Made by a program: the position numbers and the translations under genes. A DNA stretch of 64,000 nt from Rhina ancylostomus. Lineage: Eukaryota. Location of the stretch: assembly GCA_030265395.1 (NCBI GenBank), contig JARFYF010000017.1:42681144-42745143 (forward strand). The letters run 5' to 3'. This document shows positions 39,340 through 51,115 of the stretch, piece by piece. Position 1 is the first letter of the stretch, and every line of letters starts with the position of its first letter. Under the pieces are notes generated by a model. The model did not search any database, was not told where the DNA came from, and was given only the letters and a program-made list of their open reading frames with translations.

Positions 39340-41615
39340 AAGAGTGGATAAACATTGGAAAATATTGAAGTAATAAAAGGAAAGAAAAGGGTGTGCCATT
39401 AAATTTGTTGTACAGAGCAGATTAAATATAGAAGAGCAATAAATAGAGGATCTAACGGCAATGAGGAACTGAAGGTTGAAGCCTGTCATACTCAAATTGG
39501 AGCAGGGTTGTAGAAAAATCCTGCTCCCCAACCACATCTGAAATATTGTGTAAGAAAGGGTTTGTGACAAAGGGACTTCAGCAAAAGGTTCACTAAACTA
39601 ATCCCAAACAATGGGATTGTCCCATGAGGGCAGTTTAAAAAAAGATGGGCATATACTCAAGAGTAAAGGAATGAGGAGTCATTTCTCATTTGAAATACAA
39701 AGTTGACATGGAGTTGATGTCTTCCTTGGCCGAGTTGTCTATAACCAGGTTTGAGAGTTTCAGAATAAGGAGTCTGGCATTCAGGGCAGAAGTGGTGATA
39801 TTTTTGTTATATAAATATAGATTCATTGCATAAATATAGAACACAGAACCAAAGGGCAAAGTAAGTGATGCCACTACTGGAGAAATGAAAGGGTTAAAAG
39901 TTAATGAATCCCTTGAATTCGATAGCCTATGTCCAAGGATTTTTAAAGGAGTTACCCATAAAGATAATGGATGCATTAGTGATGATCTTTCAAAATTCTT
40001 TAGATTCTGGAATAGTTCCAATAGACTCAGAAGGAAGCAAGTGTAACATGGCTATTCAAAAAGACAAAAAGGGAAATTAGGAACTGTAAACCCTTCAGAC
40101 TGACATCAATGAATTCTAGCAGGTAGCTGACAATTAAAGACATGGCAACAGGACACATGGAAGATCATTACATGATTAGGCAGCCTCAACAATTTAATGA
40201 TAGGCAAATCATATTTGACAAATCCCATTTATTTTGAGAATACAACTCACAGTGTAGGTAAGATAAATCAGAGGATCTCAAGGGCTCACGACATTGGTTA
40301 AATGACAAAATAGGAGTAACAGGTCTTTTTTTCAGGACAGCATATTATTACTGATGGGTTGTCACCAGGATCTTTTTGGGATCTCAGTTATTCACAAATT
40401 ACATTGGCGACGAATCAAAAGAAAGTGCAACATATCCAAGGTTGCTGATGAAACAAAACCAGGGGGAAAATTGAGCCACAAGGATGATGTAATGTGTATG
40501 CAAAGGAAACAGATAGGATATCAGAGTTGATAAAGTGGCAGCATATGGAATGCGTGTGAAAATGTGAGGTTATCCATTTTGGCAGGAAGAATAGGATATT
40601 AATTATTGGTTTCTCTTGATTTAACACATGCAAGGAGAAATCTTATGCTGGTTCACATGAAGAAAACATGCATATACAGAAAGTAATCAAAGGTTGACAT
40701 TTTGCCCATAATTGCAAGGGGATGAGAGTTCAAAAGTTAGAAAATCTTGCTGTAAATACTATACAAGGCTTCAGTAATGCCAGTTTTGGTTTTACCATAT
40801 GCAGTTTTTGACTCTTTTCCGACTTGCCTTGGAGTTGGTACAGTGCAACTAACTGGTCATTTTTTTTGGGAAGGAGAGACAGTTATCATTGGGAAACAGA
40901 AAATGATAAGATTAACTGGAGTTTAGAAGGGGAGATTATCTCATTGAGATGACTATGATTCTGAGATTTAGGCAGGGTACCTACTGAGAGCCTGTATTCT
41001 CTGGATGCAGAATACAAAACTAGGGACGAAGTCTCAGGATGCAGGCTCAGACATTTAAATTGAACTGAGGACCGACTGGTTGTGAATATTTGGAATTCTT
41101 TACCCCAGACATCTCCAGATGACCAGATACCAAATACAGTAAAAAACTGTTAGTCCAGCACTCTCAGGACATTGGAATATCTGCCAGTCTGGCAACACCA
41201 GGCTATTGGATGTTATTCCAATTAATACTCCAACACTATTTAAATCACTTTAAGATATTACACAGTTTAATAGTTCTCTCAATGACTACAATAAATTTTC
41301 TAGTGAATCCGACAAATTTTAAGGGAACAGAGATCCCTGTGCATTAGAAGCGTGAGAACGGACTCAGTGCAGTAGATGGAGTGCAAGAACCAGGGCTCTG
41401 ATGGGTTAGGAGCACAGGAACTGGGTAAGCCAGATGCCAAACCATCAGGGTTTCAGAATAAATCGGAGTTTCCACTCATGATTTTTTTTTTGGACAAAGG
41501 AATTAAGAATATGATAATCAGGTGAAAATGGATGACAATACGATCAGCAATAATCATACTAATCGGTGGAACAGGCCTGGGGGTTATGTGGCCTATTCCC
41601 ATTTTATTTCTTACG
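39340..41615 (+). mobile_element. Decayed CR1 LINE fragments in the last RFWD3 intron
   Basis: ctatgtccaaggattttt, caaaattctttagattctgg, catatccaaggttgctgatgaaacaaa, tail tggcctattcccattt. Confidence 0.7.
41135..41480. mobile_element. Non-autonomous Tc1/mariner (Tigger/pogo-like) DNA element inserted in CR1
   Basis: Left end TA-CAGTAAAA, degenerate right end aatcggagtttccact. A cleaner right end of the same type (gagttttactg-TA) is at 63985-63997. Confidence 0.45.
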
Positions 41616-42479
41616 TTGTCTTGAAAAGAGACAGAATGTAGTATTCTGGATATCAAACAACCAACATGCCTGTCTTTGGTTGCACCATCCACCAATAATT
41701 CACCAACATAACAAACCTTGTATTGCAGAGCTTGTCAAACAAAGTTGAAGATGAGAAACAATTAATGGAATGCATGCAAGTATCGGAACTAAAACACAAA
41801 AAAAAAATGCAGGAACTGCATTGAAGATTCAAAACTGTTTGGTAAAGGAAGGTGTGAAATTCTTCTTCATATGTTGACAGACCTGAACACATCCAACATT
41901 TTTATTTAACTTCTTAGTCATACCATCTTCAAACAATCCCTTCTACTACATTCTCAAGCAGCCTTCTCTTCACTCATCAACGCTAAATTCTTCTCCCACC
42001 ACTTCCCCCATATTTACTATGGATCACTAGCACCCACCTCTTACATTTGCCTTGTACTTTATGGCCATAGGTTGCCTTTCATATGTTATCCTTACCTGAC
42101 AATCAAAAGTAGAAAGTGCAAACCAGCCAAATTCCTTTGCTAAACTGCATGATGCAGAAAACAGAATAGAAGCATGCTGCCATGAAGCAGGTATTCACAG
42201 CTCAAAATCAAGTTGAAATGAAACAGTTTTCACTATGCTTTATATTTCAACCCAGTTTAAACCAAGTCCAAAACTTCAGATACAACTAAAGGATGAGGAA
42301 CAAACCAGACACACAACTGTGCTATCCAATTAATAGCCACGTCTTTCACTGGCACATCANNNNNNNNNNTCAGAAATTTCAATGATGATGGTGCCTGCTG
42401 TCATCATGTGGGTGAGCTCAGCACACACAGATCACTAAAATGGGGCCACATTGTTAGAAAGCCTCTAGAAACAGACAAG

Positions 42480-44315
42480 ACATACTGACTCATCCAGCAT
42501 CAGCAATCCCATACATTACATTTGCAGCTCTTGAGCAGGGGAGCAAAACAGGCAATGATAACCAGTGAATCTACAGGAAGGAATAGTGCATAAAAACAAG
42601 AGTACACTTCCAATTATAGTCAGAGCAGGGAAAACAGCACAAGGACAAAATTGAAGGTTCTTTATCCAAGTGCATGCAGCAATCATTACCAAGTAGGTAA
42701 TGGTACTGATCAAAATGAATGGGTACATCTAATAATCATTACGGATATGCATTTGTAGAGTGACCAAGAAAACCACCTGGTAAAGTGGAGAACCATAGGT
42801 CCAGAGTAAATGAAATCAAAGAAATTAGCATTAGTTATAAAAAAAAAACTTACTTTGGACAAATTACTCTGACTGAAAGCCACTAAATCCTCAGGAGCTG
42901 AAGACCCAATTCCCCAAGGTTTTGAGAGAGCTGGTGGTAGAGACTGTTTGCACTGGTTGTTGTGAAATTCCATTAAATTNNNNNNNNNNNNCCTCAGATT
43001 TTAAGGTAGCAAATATAACCATACTATTCATGAAGGAAAGAAAGAGAAAATGCAATTGTAGAGTAATTTGATCTTAGAAAGTAAAATATTAGAATTAAAG
43101 GAAATGATAATATTAATATGACTGAGCAGAGGTAACATGGATTCATGATACCACATTTTACAAATCTGTTCAAAGTTTGAGGTTGTAACTGGTAGAACAG
43201 ACGTGCAAACCAGTTGATATCATCTATTTGGACTTTAAGGCTTTGATAATGTGACACTGTATTTGGAGTAAGAGACTGGTGTGGATTAAGCATTGGTTAT
43301 TGTTCAGAAAACAGCAGGATTGGATCAATTTAGGATTGGACTCAGATCAGTGGAATGTTGCGGGGATTGATGCTGGCCTCCAGCTGGTCACATCAATCAT
43401 TTGGTGAGGGGATCAAGAGCAAATTATCCAAATTTCCTGATGATAAAAAGCTAGGGGTTAGTGTTTAGTGCTGGGAGGATTCAGAGAGGATAAATGGGAT
43501 GTTAATGGGGGAGTGGATGACAGATGGAATATCATGTAGACAAATGTAAAGTCATTGATCTTGTGAGAAAAGAAAATAAATTTTTTTTTAAATGGCGAAA
43601 GATTTTAAATTGGTGTTCAGAGTGACAGAGGGTGTCTTTGTACACAAGAGCAACCAGTTGATATGATGTATTTGACCTTTCAGTGACTCAGGCTTCTGAA
43701 AGGCAACACTCAAATATCGAAAGCAACTAGGAAGATGAGCAGTGTACAAACTATTTGCAAAATGATTTGAGTACAAGAGTTGAGACATCTTGTTCCATTT
43801 ATTTAAAATCCCCAAGAAGACAGCATCAGGTATTGTGTGCATCTCCCTACCAAAAGGAAGGATATACTTATGATAGTGTAGCAAAGATTCATCACATTGA
43901 TTCCTAAAATGACAGGTTTGTTGTACAAGGAGAGATTAAAGAAACTCAATCTGTAATCTCAAATTTAGAAGAACGAGAAATAAATCTCACTGAAATATAT
44001 GAAATTCTTGTAGGGATTGACAGGGTAGATGCAGAGTTTACAGTCTCAAAATAAATGGTTGACCATTGACATTAGTAATAAGAAATTTCTTCATCCAGAG
44101 AATGAACCTTTGGAATTCACTATTCAAGAAGATCATGGAGGTGCAGTGGTTGCATCTATTCAAGAGAGATGTATAAACATTTAAAAAAGGAAATAAAAGA
44201 ATTACAGTGTTAATACATTGATGTGGAGCCAGGTAAAAGATCAGCTATGATCTTGCAGAAAGGCACAGCAGGATTGACAGTTGAATGGACTATTACTACT
44301 CTATTTCTCATGAAT
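42480..44315 (+). mobile_element. Decayed CR1 LINE
   Basis: atctatttggactttaaggctttgataa (YLDF-KAFD), ttatccaaatttcctgatgata, tail gaatggactattactactctatttct. Confidence 0.7.
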
Positions 44316-44785
44316 TTGTGAACCCTGAACTGCCTGAATTTTCACTGCAATGGCATAACACCAGTGAAAACCTGGCTGCTGACATTAAGTGGAAGAGGCA
44401 TGTTAATGCAAGCTGACGGCTGCAAGCACCACAAAACTATGTAGTATGTAACTCAAGGTCTATTCTAAAGTATCCCATGACTTGGTTAAAGAATTAACTT
44501 GTTAACTGAAAACCATATCATATTCCTTTGGGATATTTCAAGTAAAACAAGTGTTAACAGTACCTGACCATTNNNNNNNNNNNNNNNNNNNNNNNNNNNN
44601 NNNNNNNNNNNNNNNNNNNNNNNNNNNNNNNNNNNNNNNNNNNNNNNNNNNNNNNNNNNNNNNNNNNNNNNNNNNNNNNNNNNNNNNNNNNNNNNNNNNN
44701 NNNNNNNNNNNNNNNNNNNNNNNNNNNNNNNNNNNNNNNNNNNNNNNNNNNNNNNNNNNNNNNNNNNNNNNNNNNNNNNNNNNNN

Positions 44786-45003
44786 CATGGCACTGTTGGT
44801 TGCCTCATCTCCTGCACACACCAGGACACTACCATTTTTGTCAGGACTTGCGAAAATGGCATTTTTTGTCAAAAGTTTACATGTGGGGCCTGCATTGAAT
44901 GTTTGCACCGGGTAACAAGTGCAGATGAGGTTCTCGAGTGACTCCGGAGAGGCACTGCTCGATAACTCCATCATGACACACCGTAAAGAACTGTGAGTTT
45001 TAC
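44786..45003 (-). CDS. RFWD3: RFWD3 penultimate coding exon, WD40; donor site lies in the N-gap
   Basis: ttttaaag|GT AAA ... GCC ATG then Ns, 218 nt; [44 protein letters not shown]. The phase-0 end fits the last exon. Confidence 0.92.
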
Positions 45004-45689
45004 CTTTAAAAGATAAAAAATTTCTATTATTACTGCCTTCAGAACCAGTGAAAGTTTGTGAATTTGAACAGTAAAAAAACTGCATCTCACAAAAGGAGAA
45101 TTTGCCAAGATCTCATTCCATAACACCAACAGCTACACGAGAACAGCAATTTACCCAGGTGATCAGACCAACGCGATCCTGGTTGATCCTCTATAGTTTG
45201 TCACTGAAACCACACGTGACAGCCTACTCCTACTCAGGATAGAATTCACTAATGCAGAACATTTCAGGAACTGAATTGGGGCTTTCTGGTTTGGATGGTT
45301 CAGTTAGATACAAGGGGATAATCAACAGAGTTTATGAACTTTTACCTTTAATCAATAAGCCAGAGGTAGTTTTGTAACCACTTGAATCTGTCACCGATTT
45401 ACCAGCAAAGCCAGACTGTTCAGTGCCCAGATTAAAACAGAAAATACTGGAATAGTTACTGACAAAAGACTATTGAACTGCAATGTTAACTACTCTCTCC
45501 ACAGATGCTGCCTGAACTGCTGTTTTTATTTTCGGTTTCCAGTGTAAGATAGTTATTTGTTAGTCACATGTAGATTGAAGCACAGTGAAATGCATCTGCA
45601 GCTTTCTGATCTTCAATTACTCTTCAATGCCCACCAGGCTCCATTGGACATACATTAGCACCATATTCCCCTCAAGTTCTTCCACATAC

Positions 45690-45904
45690 CTGGCCTGTAG
45701 GTTACAAGGCAATGTCGCATCACAGGTTCAATCTGTATATCTGTGCAGCTCCCAGCCTCCAGAGGTAGCAGATGTGCCTTATAAGTGTTTGTAGATTTCT
45801 GTTCCCAAAAGCAACCTCCTTCCAAAGTGCCAGCCACTAGACCACCACATGGAAACGCTGCAGATGCCATTCGCGGGAGATAGGACAGCGAGGTCACAGG
45901 ACAC
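45690..45904 (-). CDS. RFWD3: RFWD3 exon, WD40
   Basis: gttcag|G TGT ... CCA G|gtatgt, 215 nt; [36 protein letters not shown]...RHCLVTYRP. Confidence 0.96.
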
Positions 45905-45925
45905 CTGAACAGTAAAACACACATG

Positions 45926-46350
45926 AAGTTATAGGAAGAGGTTGGGTAGGATAGGACTTTATTCTTTGCAATGTAGGAAACTGAAGTGATCGTACAAAAG
46001 TGTATAAAATCATGAGGCGCATAGATACAGTGCATGCACAGTCTTTTCCCAGGGAACGGGAATCAAAAACTAGGGGGCAAAAGTTTAAGGTGAGGGGAGG
46101 AAAGATTTAAAAAGGGACCCAAGGGCAAATTCTTCACACAGAGGGTGGTGCATATATGGAAAAAGCTGTCAGAGGAAGTGGTTGAGGCAAGTACAAAAGG
46201 ACCATTTAAAAGAGTTGAACAGATAAATGGATTGGAAAAGTTTAGAGGGATATGGGCCAAATGCAGGCAAATGGGACTAGCTCAGATGGACATCTTAGTC
46301 GGCATGGACGAGGTGGGCCGAAGGACCTGTTTCCGTGCTGTATTACTTTA
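45926..46350 (+). mobile_element. Relatively well preserved 5'-truncated CR1 3' end
   Basis: aagtttaaggtgaggggaggaaagattt, ttcttcacacagagggtggtg (FFTQRVV), tail gggccgaaggacctgtttccgtgctgta. Confidence 0.85.
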
Positions 46351-46835
46351 CAAGTTAGGAAAGAGGTTGTTGAATGAGGGAAGGAACAGTACAGGTAAAT
46401 CAAAAACACAGGCAGCAACTATACATGGATTATACAACTCTAAAAATAACTGAGGAAGATCCAACAGATGTTCAAAGGACAGTTTTGCTTGGATACAATG
46501 TGGGTCACTCAATATTTACGTGATAAAGTATTGGGTACCCTAATCTTTTCCTCCTCCTGATCCCTCGATCTATGTGTCACTTTATCTTTCAGTCTAGGTT
46601 TGAGACAGATTAATAACTAGGCATACTTGGTTAGTGAGAAAATTGGTGCTAGAGGTAGAAGGTAGTAAGGGATGCAAGGTAAGACTTCCCACAAGTGCCA
46701 TGCCAATAGCTCCCATGAGAACCAGACAACATGCTGCAGATCCTGCAGACCTAGCCAAGCACTTGGTATCAGGAGGGACAAAAGATGGTGACTAATTCAA
46801 CAGCAAAAGAAAAAGCTGATATTGAAAAAAGCTAC

Positions 46836-47012
46836 CTGGAACCCTGTGGGGGGAGCTCCTGAACATGTGTGGTGGTGTCCCGCATGTCATAGATCAGGAT
46901 AGAACCATTTATCAGTCCAGCATAGATGTAGTTTGTGTCATCCAAGCACCAACAGCAGCTCCATACAGGACGACCAGTGTTGTAGGTCTGCACCACAGTA
47001 TTTGCAATCAAA
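46836..47012 (-). CDS. RFWD3: RFWD3 exon, WD40
   Basis: tctctag|T TTG ... TCC AG|gtagct, 177 nt; [44 protein letters not shown]. Confidence 0.96.
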
Positions 47013-47479
47013 CTAGAGAAACAGAAATTGAAAAAAGGTAACTTAAGGTAGGTTAAAGTCAAGCAGAAGATGATGGGAAAGAATAGAATAGCTAACATTT
47101 AGCCACAAACTCAGGGCCTAGCATTTCACCAAGAAAGAAAACAAAAATCAATTCAGCTGCAATTCACAATTGCTCCCCTCAGTGAATATAACCAATGCTA
47201 GTCAGGAAGGATTTGGCTTTGAGCACTGGGAAGTCTCAAACTGGAACAAATTAGAGTGCTGCACGTTCCCTGAGCTACTCTCAGCTGCTAACGCTTCCTG
47301 GGTTGTCAGCTGTTGACAATACCATGTGCAATTAATCTGATTGTGGGCTGTCTTCTAACATCTTATTTATATATCACAACACTTCGCAAGATATTTCTCA
47401 GAGGACATTAAGTATCTAAGCAACAGTTCCACTTTACCTCAATTACAAGTATCATGGCTTTGACACAAGTCTAGACTGT

Positions 47480-47900
47480 AAATGACAACACCATCCCTCA
47501 ACTTCTTCCCAATTAGCTACACTTAGCCAACCAGACCTACATCAGCAAATTAGGCATCACTTCTACGTTAAAGTGTTCATTCTTGTTTTCAAATCCCTGT
47601 GGTCTCAGTCCTCCTCAGTTCGAATCTTTCAGTCCCAGAGGCCTGCAAGATGGATGTGGAGGACCACAGACCCAAAATTAATTGCTCTATCACTATCAAT
47701 TGACCTTTCAGCTGCCGAATCCCAAGCTCTGCAAGTCCCTCCCAAAGCTTCTTCCTCAAACTTTTTCTCCTTTATGACTGATTTAACAAGCCTTTCATCG
47801 TCTGTCCTGATTGTTCACAGGGTTCGTTGGTAATTTTTTGTTAACATTCCATAACATCCAGGTATTTTTGGTATATTAGAAAGATGTTATATGAAAGGAA
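47480..47900 (+). mobile_element. Decayed L2-like LINE 3' fragment
   Basis: FILVFKSL motif and cctttcagctgcc...aagctctgcaagtccctccc. Confidence 0.5.
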
Positions 47901-47924
47901 AATAATATCTGTAGCAGTCAAAAC

Positions 47925-49045
47925 AGTTGAACTGAACTGTAGGTCTGTTTCTTTCCCCATAGAATGCTGCCTGACCTGCTGAATATTTTCAGTGCTATGT
48001 TTTTATTTGTAAGTTCCAGGAAGGAGAAGCAGGCTCTCTTAACTGATCTCACCACCAGTCACATCTCCCCTTCCCACCCTTTTCAGCTTTCCACAGGGAT
48101 CACTCTCTATGACACGCTGGTCCCCTCATCCCTTCCGAGGCACTTTCCTGTGACTGTATTGGTGTAACACTTGTCCCTACACTTCCTCCCTCAACACCAT
48201 CCAGGGCCCGAATTAGCCTTTCCAGGCAAGGCAGTCACTAACATGCATATCCTCTGGCCTGCTTTATCAGATCCAGTACTCCCAATGTGGCTCTCTCTAA
48301 ATCAGTGAAACTGGGCACGAACTGGACAACTGCTTCGCTGGGAGCCTGCACTCTGTCCGCTGTGGCTGACTGGATCTCCTAGTTGCCAGCCATTTTAATT
48401 GCCCTCCCCATTCCCACACTGGCATGTGTCCTTGGCCACCTCTTCTGCCAGTGAGGAGAAATGAAAACTAGAGGAACAGCACTTCATATTCCACCTGGGT
48501 AGTCTACAAGCCAATGGCATGAACTTTGAACTTCCAGTAAAATGTTTCCCCACTCCTTTTTTTCTCTCTCCTGATTTGCCCAGTATTAGCTCCAATTATC
48601 CTGGATTTTTCTCCTCCATTTGCCTGTCACCTACACACTCTGTTCACTAGTTGTGCCTCCCCCACTACTCTCATCTACCCCCACCAACTTCTTCCCATAA
48701 TTCCATGCTCCAACTTCCTCTCCTATCGAACTCCATCATCTTCAGCTTTTTATCATTTCAACCTATCACTTTCCAGCTTCTGGCACTATTCTCACTCTCC
48801 CCTCACCTACATGCGCCCATTACCTCTCCTCACCTATGTGCACCTATTGCCTGCCAGCTCCTGTTCCATGCCTTCCCTCCACCTTTAAGAAAAATAATCG
48901 AGCTATCTATCTTAAGTCCAGATGAAGGGTCTTGACCCAAAACGTAAACTGTCCATTTCATTCCACAGATGCCGCCTGACCCACCAAGTTCCTTCAGTTT
49001 ATTGCATGCTACTCCATCTTCCAAGGTCTGAAGTCTCTTGTGTCC
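47925..49045 (+). mobile_element. Penelope-like 3' portion (GIY-YIG endonuclease remnant and terminus)
   Basis: Degenerate Q-SQCG...ETG...FA-...VASHFN, EEQHFIFHLGSLQ-NGMN, terminus gtccagatgaagggtcttgacccaaaacgt. Confidence 0.75.
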
Positions 49046-49844
49046 CCAAACTGATGGGCAGTTATGAATGAGTCATAGAAAAATCTGGCAGCACTTCCAA
49101 TCATTTAGCAACACCCACATAATTACCCAATTCATTGCATTTATCTTCAAATAGGGCCTGGTGAGATTTCAACATAACCTCTGGGATAAAGCAGTAAAAC
49201 TGAAATGCAACACCAAGCTGGAGGTAAAAGCACCAACCAGGGATTATGCTAATTACCTGCACCTTCCAACAGATGTCCACAAGTAGGTTCAGGCTTAGTT
49301 AGATGTGCCAAAAGTGAAAAGGCCACTAACCGATCGGCTAGACTCAAAAGTATGGTACTGAGAAGCAACCGCTTTCCTTGGAAGCGGAGACAAACAAAGC
49401 ATCAACACCTTGTGGGGAGTGTTTGAAGAAATAGAGAAGAAAAAAATCCAGTGCTGGTCATCTGCAAATCCAACCATGGAACTTGTGATAGAGACCATAG
49501 GTAGAAAACAAGGAAATGTCCGAAGATGGAAGTAGCGATTTTGGTGCAGTTGTTGAAGAACAACAACCAGTTTAACCAAATCACAAGCATGCAGATGGTC
49601 CATTTCATCAGCACCCACCACTCCATCTCCATCCCAAAAAGTCACGGCATTATTTTTTGAAGAAATGAAGACGACTTATCAGAGCAAACAAAAGAAGTGC
49701 ACAGGATCCTTAAGTTCCAACAAGAGTCAACAGGCACCATCCAGGACAAAATGTGACTTGTGCGAGAGGCCCAATAATGCATATGGCATTTTGCCAGTGT
49801 TTCACCCCCATCATAATTGGCACTGCAGTTCAATACCCACTTAC

Positions 49845-49995
49845 CTAGTGAGTTTGACAGTGTTATCTAGTGATGCAGATAAGAGAACACTGTCAAGTCG
49901 ATCACTGAACGCCAAGCCTCTGATCTGTTTGGAATGGATGGGAATGTACTGAGTACTGCGGAAATTCACCCCACTGATCTTCTTCACGCCACACC
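49845..49995 (-). CDS. RFWD3: RFWD3 exon, WD40
   Basis: ttcacag|GG TGT ... ACT AG|gtaagt, 151 nt; [50 protein letters not shown]. Confidence 0.96.
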
Positions 49996-50464
49996 CTGTG
50001 AACCAGAGAGAAGAAAAGGTGCGACTTGGTGAAAAAAAAAGTTCAATGCAGGACTTCAATTTGCAATGCAACAGATTTACAAGCAAGATTCCCTGCCACC
50101 TCATTAAATCCCAAAATAAAACTGGGATCCAGAACAGGTAAATTCTGGGAGTCAAACTAAGGTTAAGTTGTTGACAAATGAGAAACACTCTGAATAAATG
50201 ACACTGATCTGCTGCAAATGTGATCATTACAAGCTGGGAGAAAAATTTATTGACAACCATTAGTTTGTATTGATCTTTTGGTATGCCATTTTCTTCCACA
50301 CCAATAGATGCATCATAAAAGGAAGACCTAGAAAGGAGTTCGATTGGAGATAATGTCAGGGAAGAAATAAAGTCATAGAGGTGACTAACATAACAAAAAG
50401 ATTGACATGTTATGGGAAATGATTAAAAATTAAAAAGAGCTGTGTTCAAAAGACAATTACAGTT

Positions 50465-50835
50465 AAAATGAGCATTTTTTTTTACAAACTGCAACGTAAG
50501 CTGCGTGACGCGGACATTTTAAAAAAGCTGAGGATAAAACCCTCGGAGGAGTTGAGAGCTTCAGGTCGGAGGATGTCGGATCAGTTAAGTTTTTCTTTCT
50601 ATCTTTTTTNNNNNNNNNNNNNNNNNNNNNNNNNNNNNNNNNNNNNNNNNNNNNNNNNNNNNNNNNNNNNNNNNNNNNNNNNNNNNNNNNNNNNNNNNNN
50701 NNNNNNNNNCATATGGAGGAATGTGGGATAGAGGGATATGCAGGAGGAAAGGGTTAGATAGTGTGAGGTGTGGTTTGATGGGCAGCACAACATGGTGGGC
50801 CAAAGGGCCTGTATTATGCTGTATTGTTCTATGGT
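50465..50835 (+). mobile_element. CR1 3' tail after a 100-N gap, with a candidate CR1 5' end before the gap
   Basis: Tail gggccaaagggcctgtattatgctgtattgttctatg; CpG-rich ctgcgtgacgcggacattttaaaaaagc before the gap. Confidence 0.55.
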
Positions 50836-50886
50836 ACATAATTGTTAACACTTTAATAAGTCTGTTAAAATCCCTCAGAAGCTTAC

Positions 50887-51115
50887 CAGGAAGGAGAGTT
50901 GTTTGAGGAGAAGGCTGGGACACAACGAGACAGCTCATTGAAGAACAGTAGGCCATGACACGACAGTTTCCACTCTGAGAAATCATAATGCCTTTCTCAA
51001 ACTGGTACTTGCACTGACTTTGGCTGGCACTGATGTGACCACTCAGGGAGTGACTGGAACTTGAGGGACCTTGTGAAGCACTTGGACCATGTTTGGCCAC
51101 CAGGCATCTCAACTC
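50887..51115 (-). CDS. RFWD3: RFWD3 exon, linker and start of WD40 domain
   Basis: ctgcag|GAG ... CCT G|gtaagc, 229 nt; ELRCLVAK...[41 protein letters not shown]. Confidence 0.95.
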
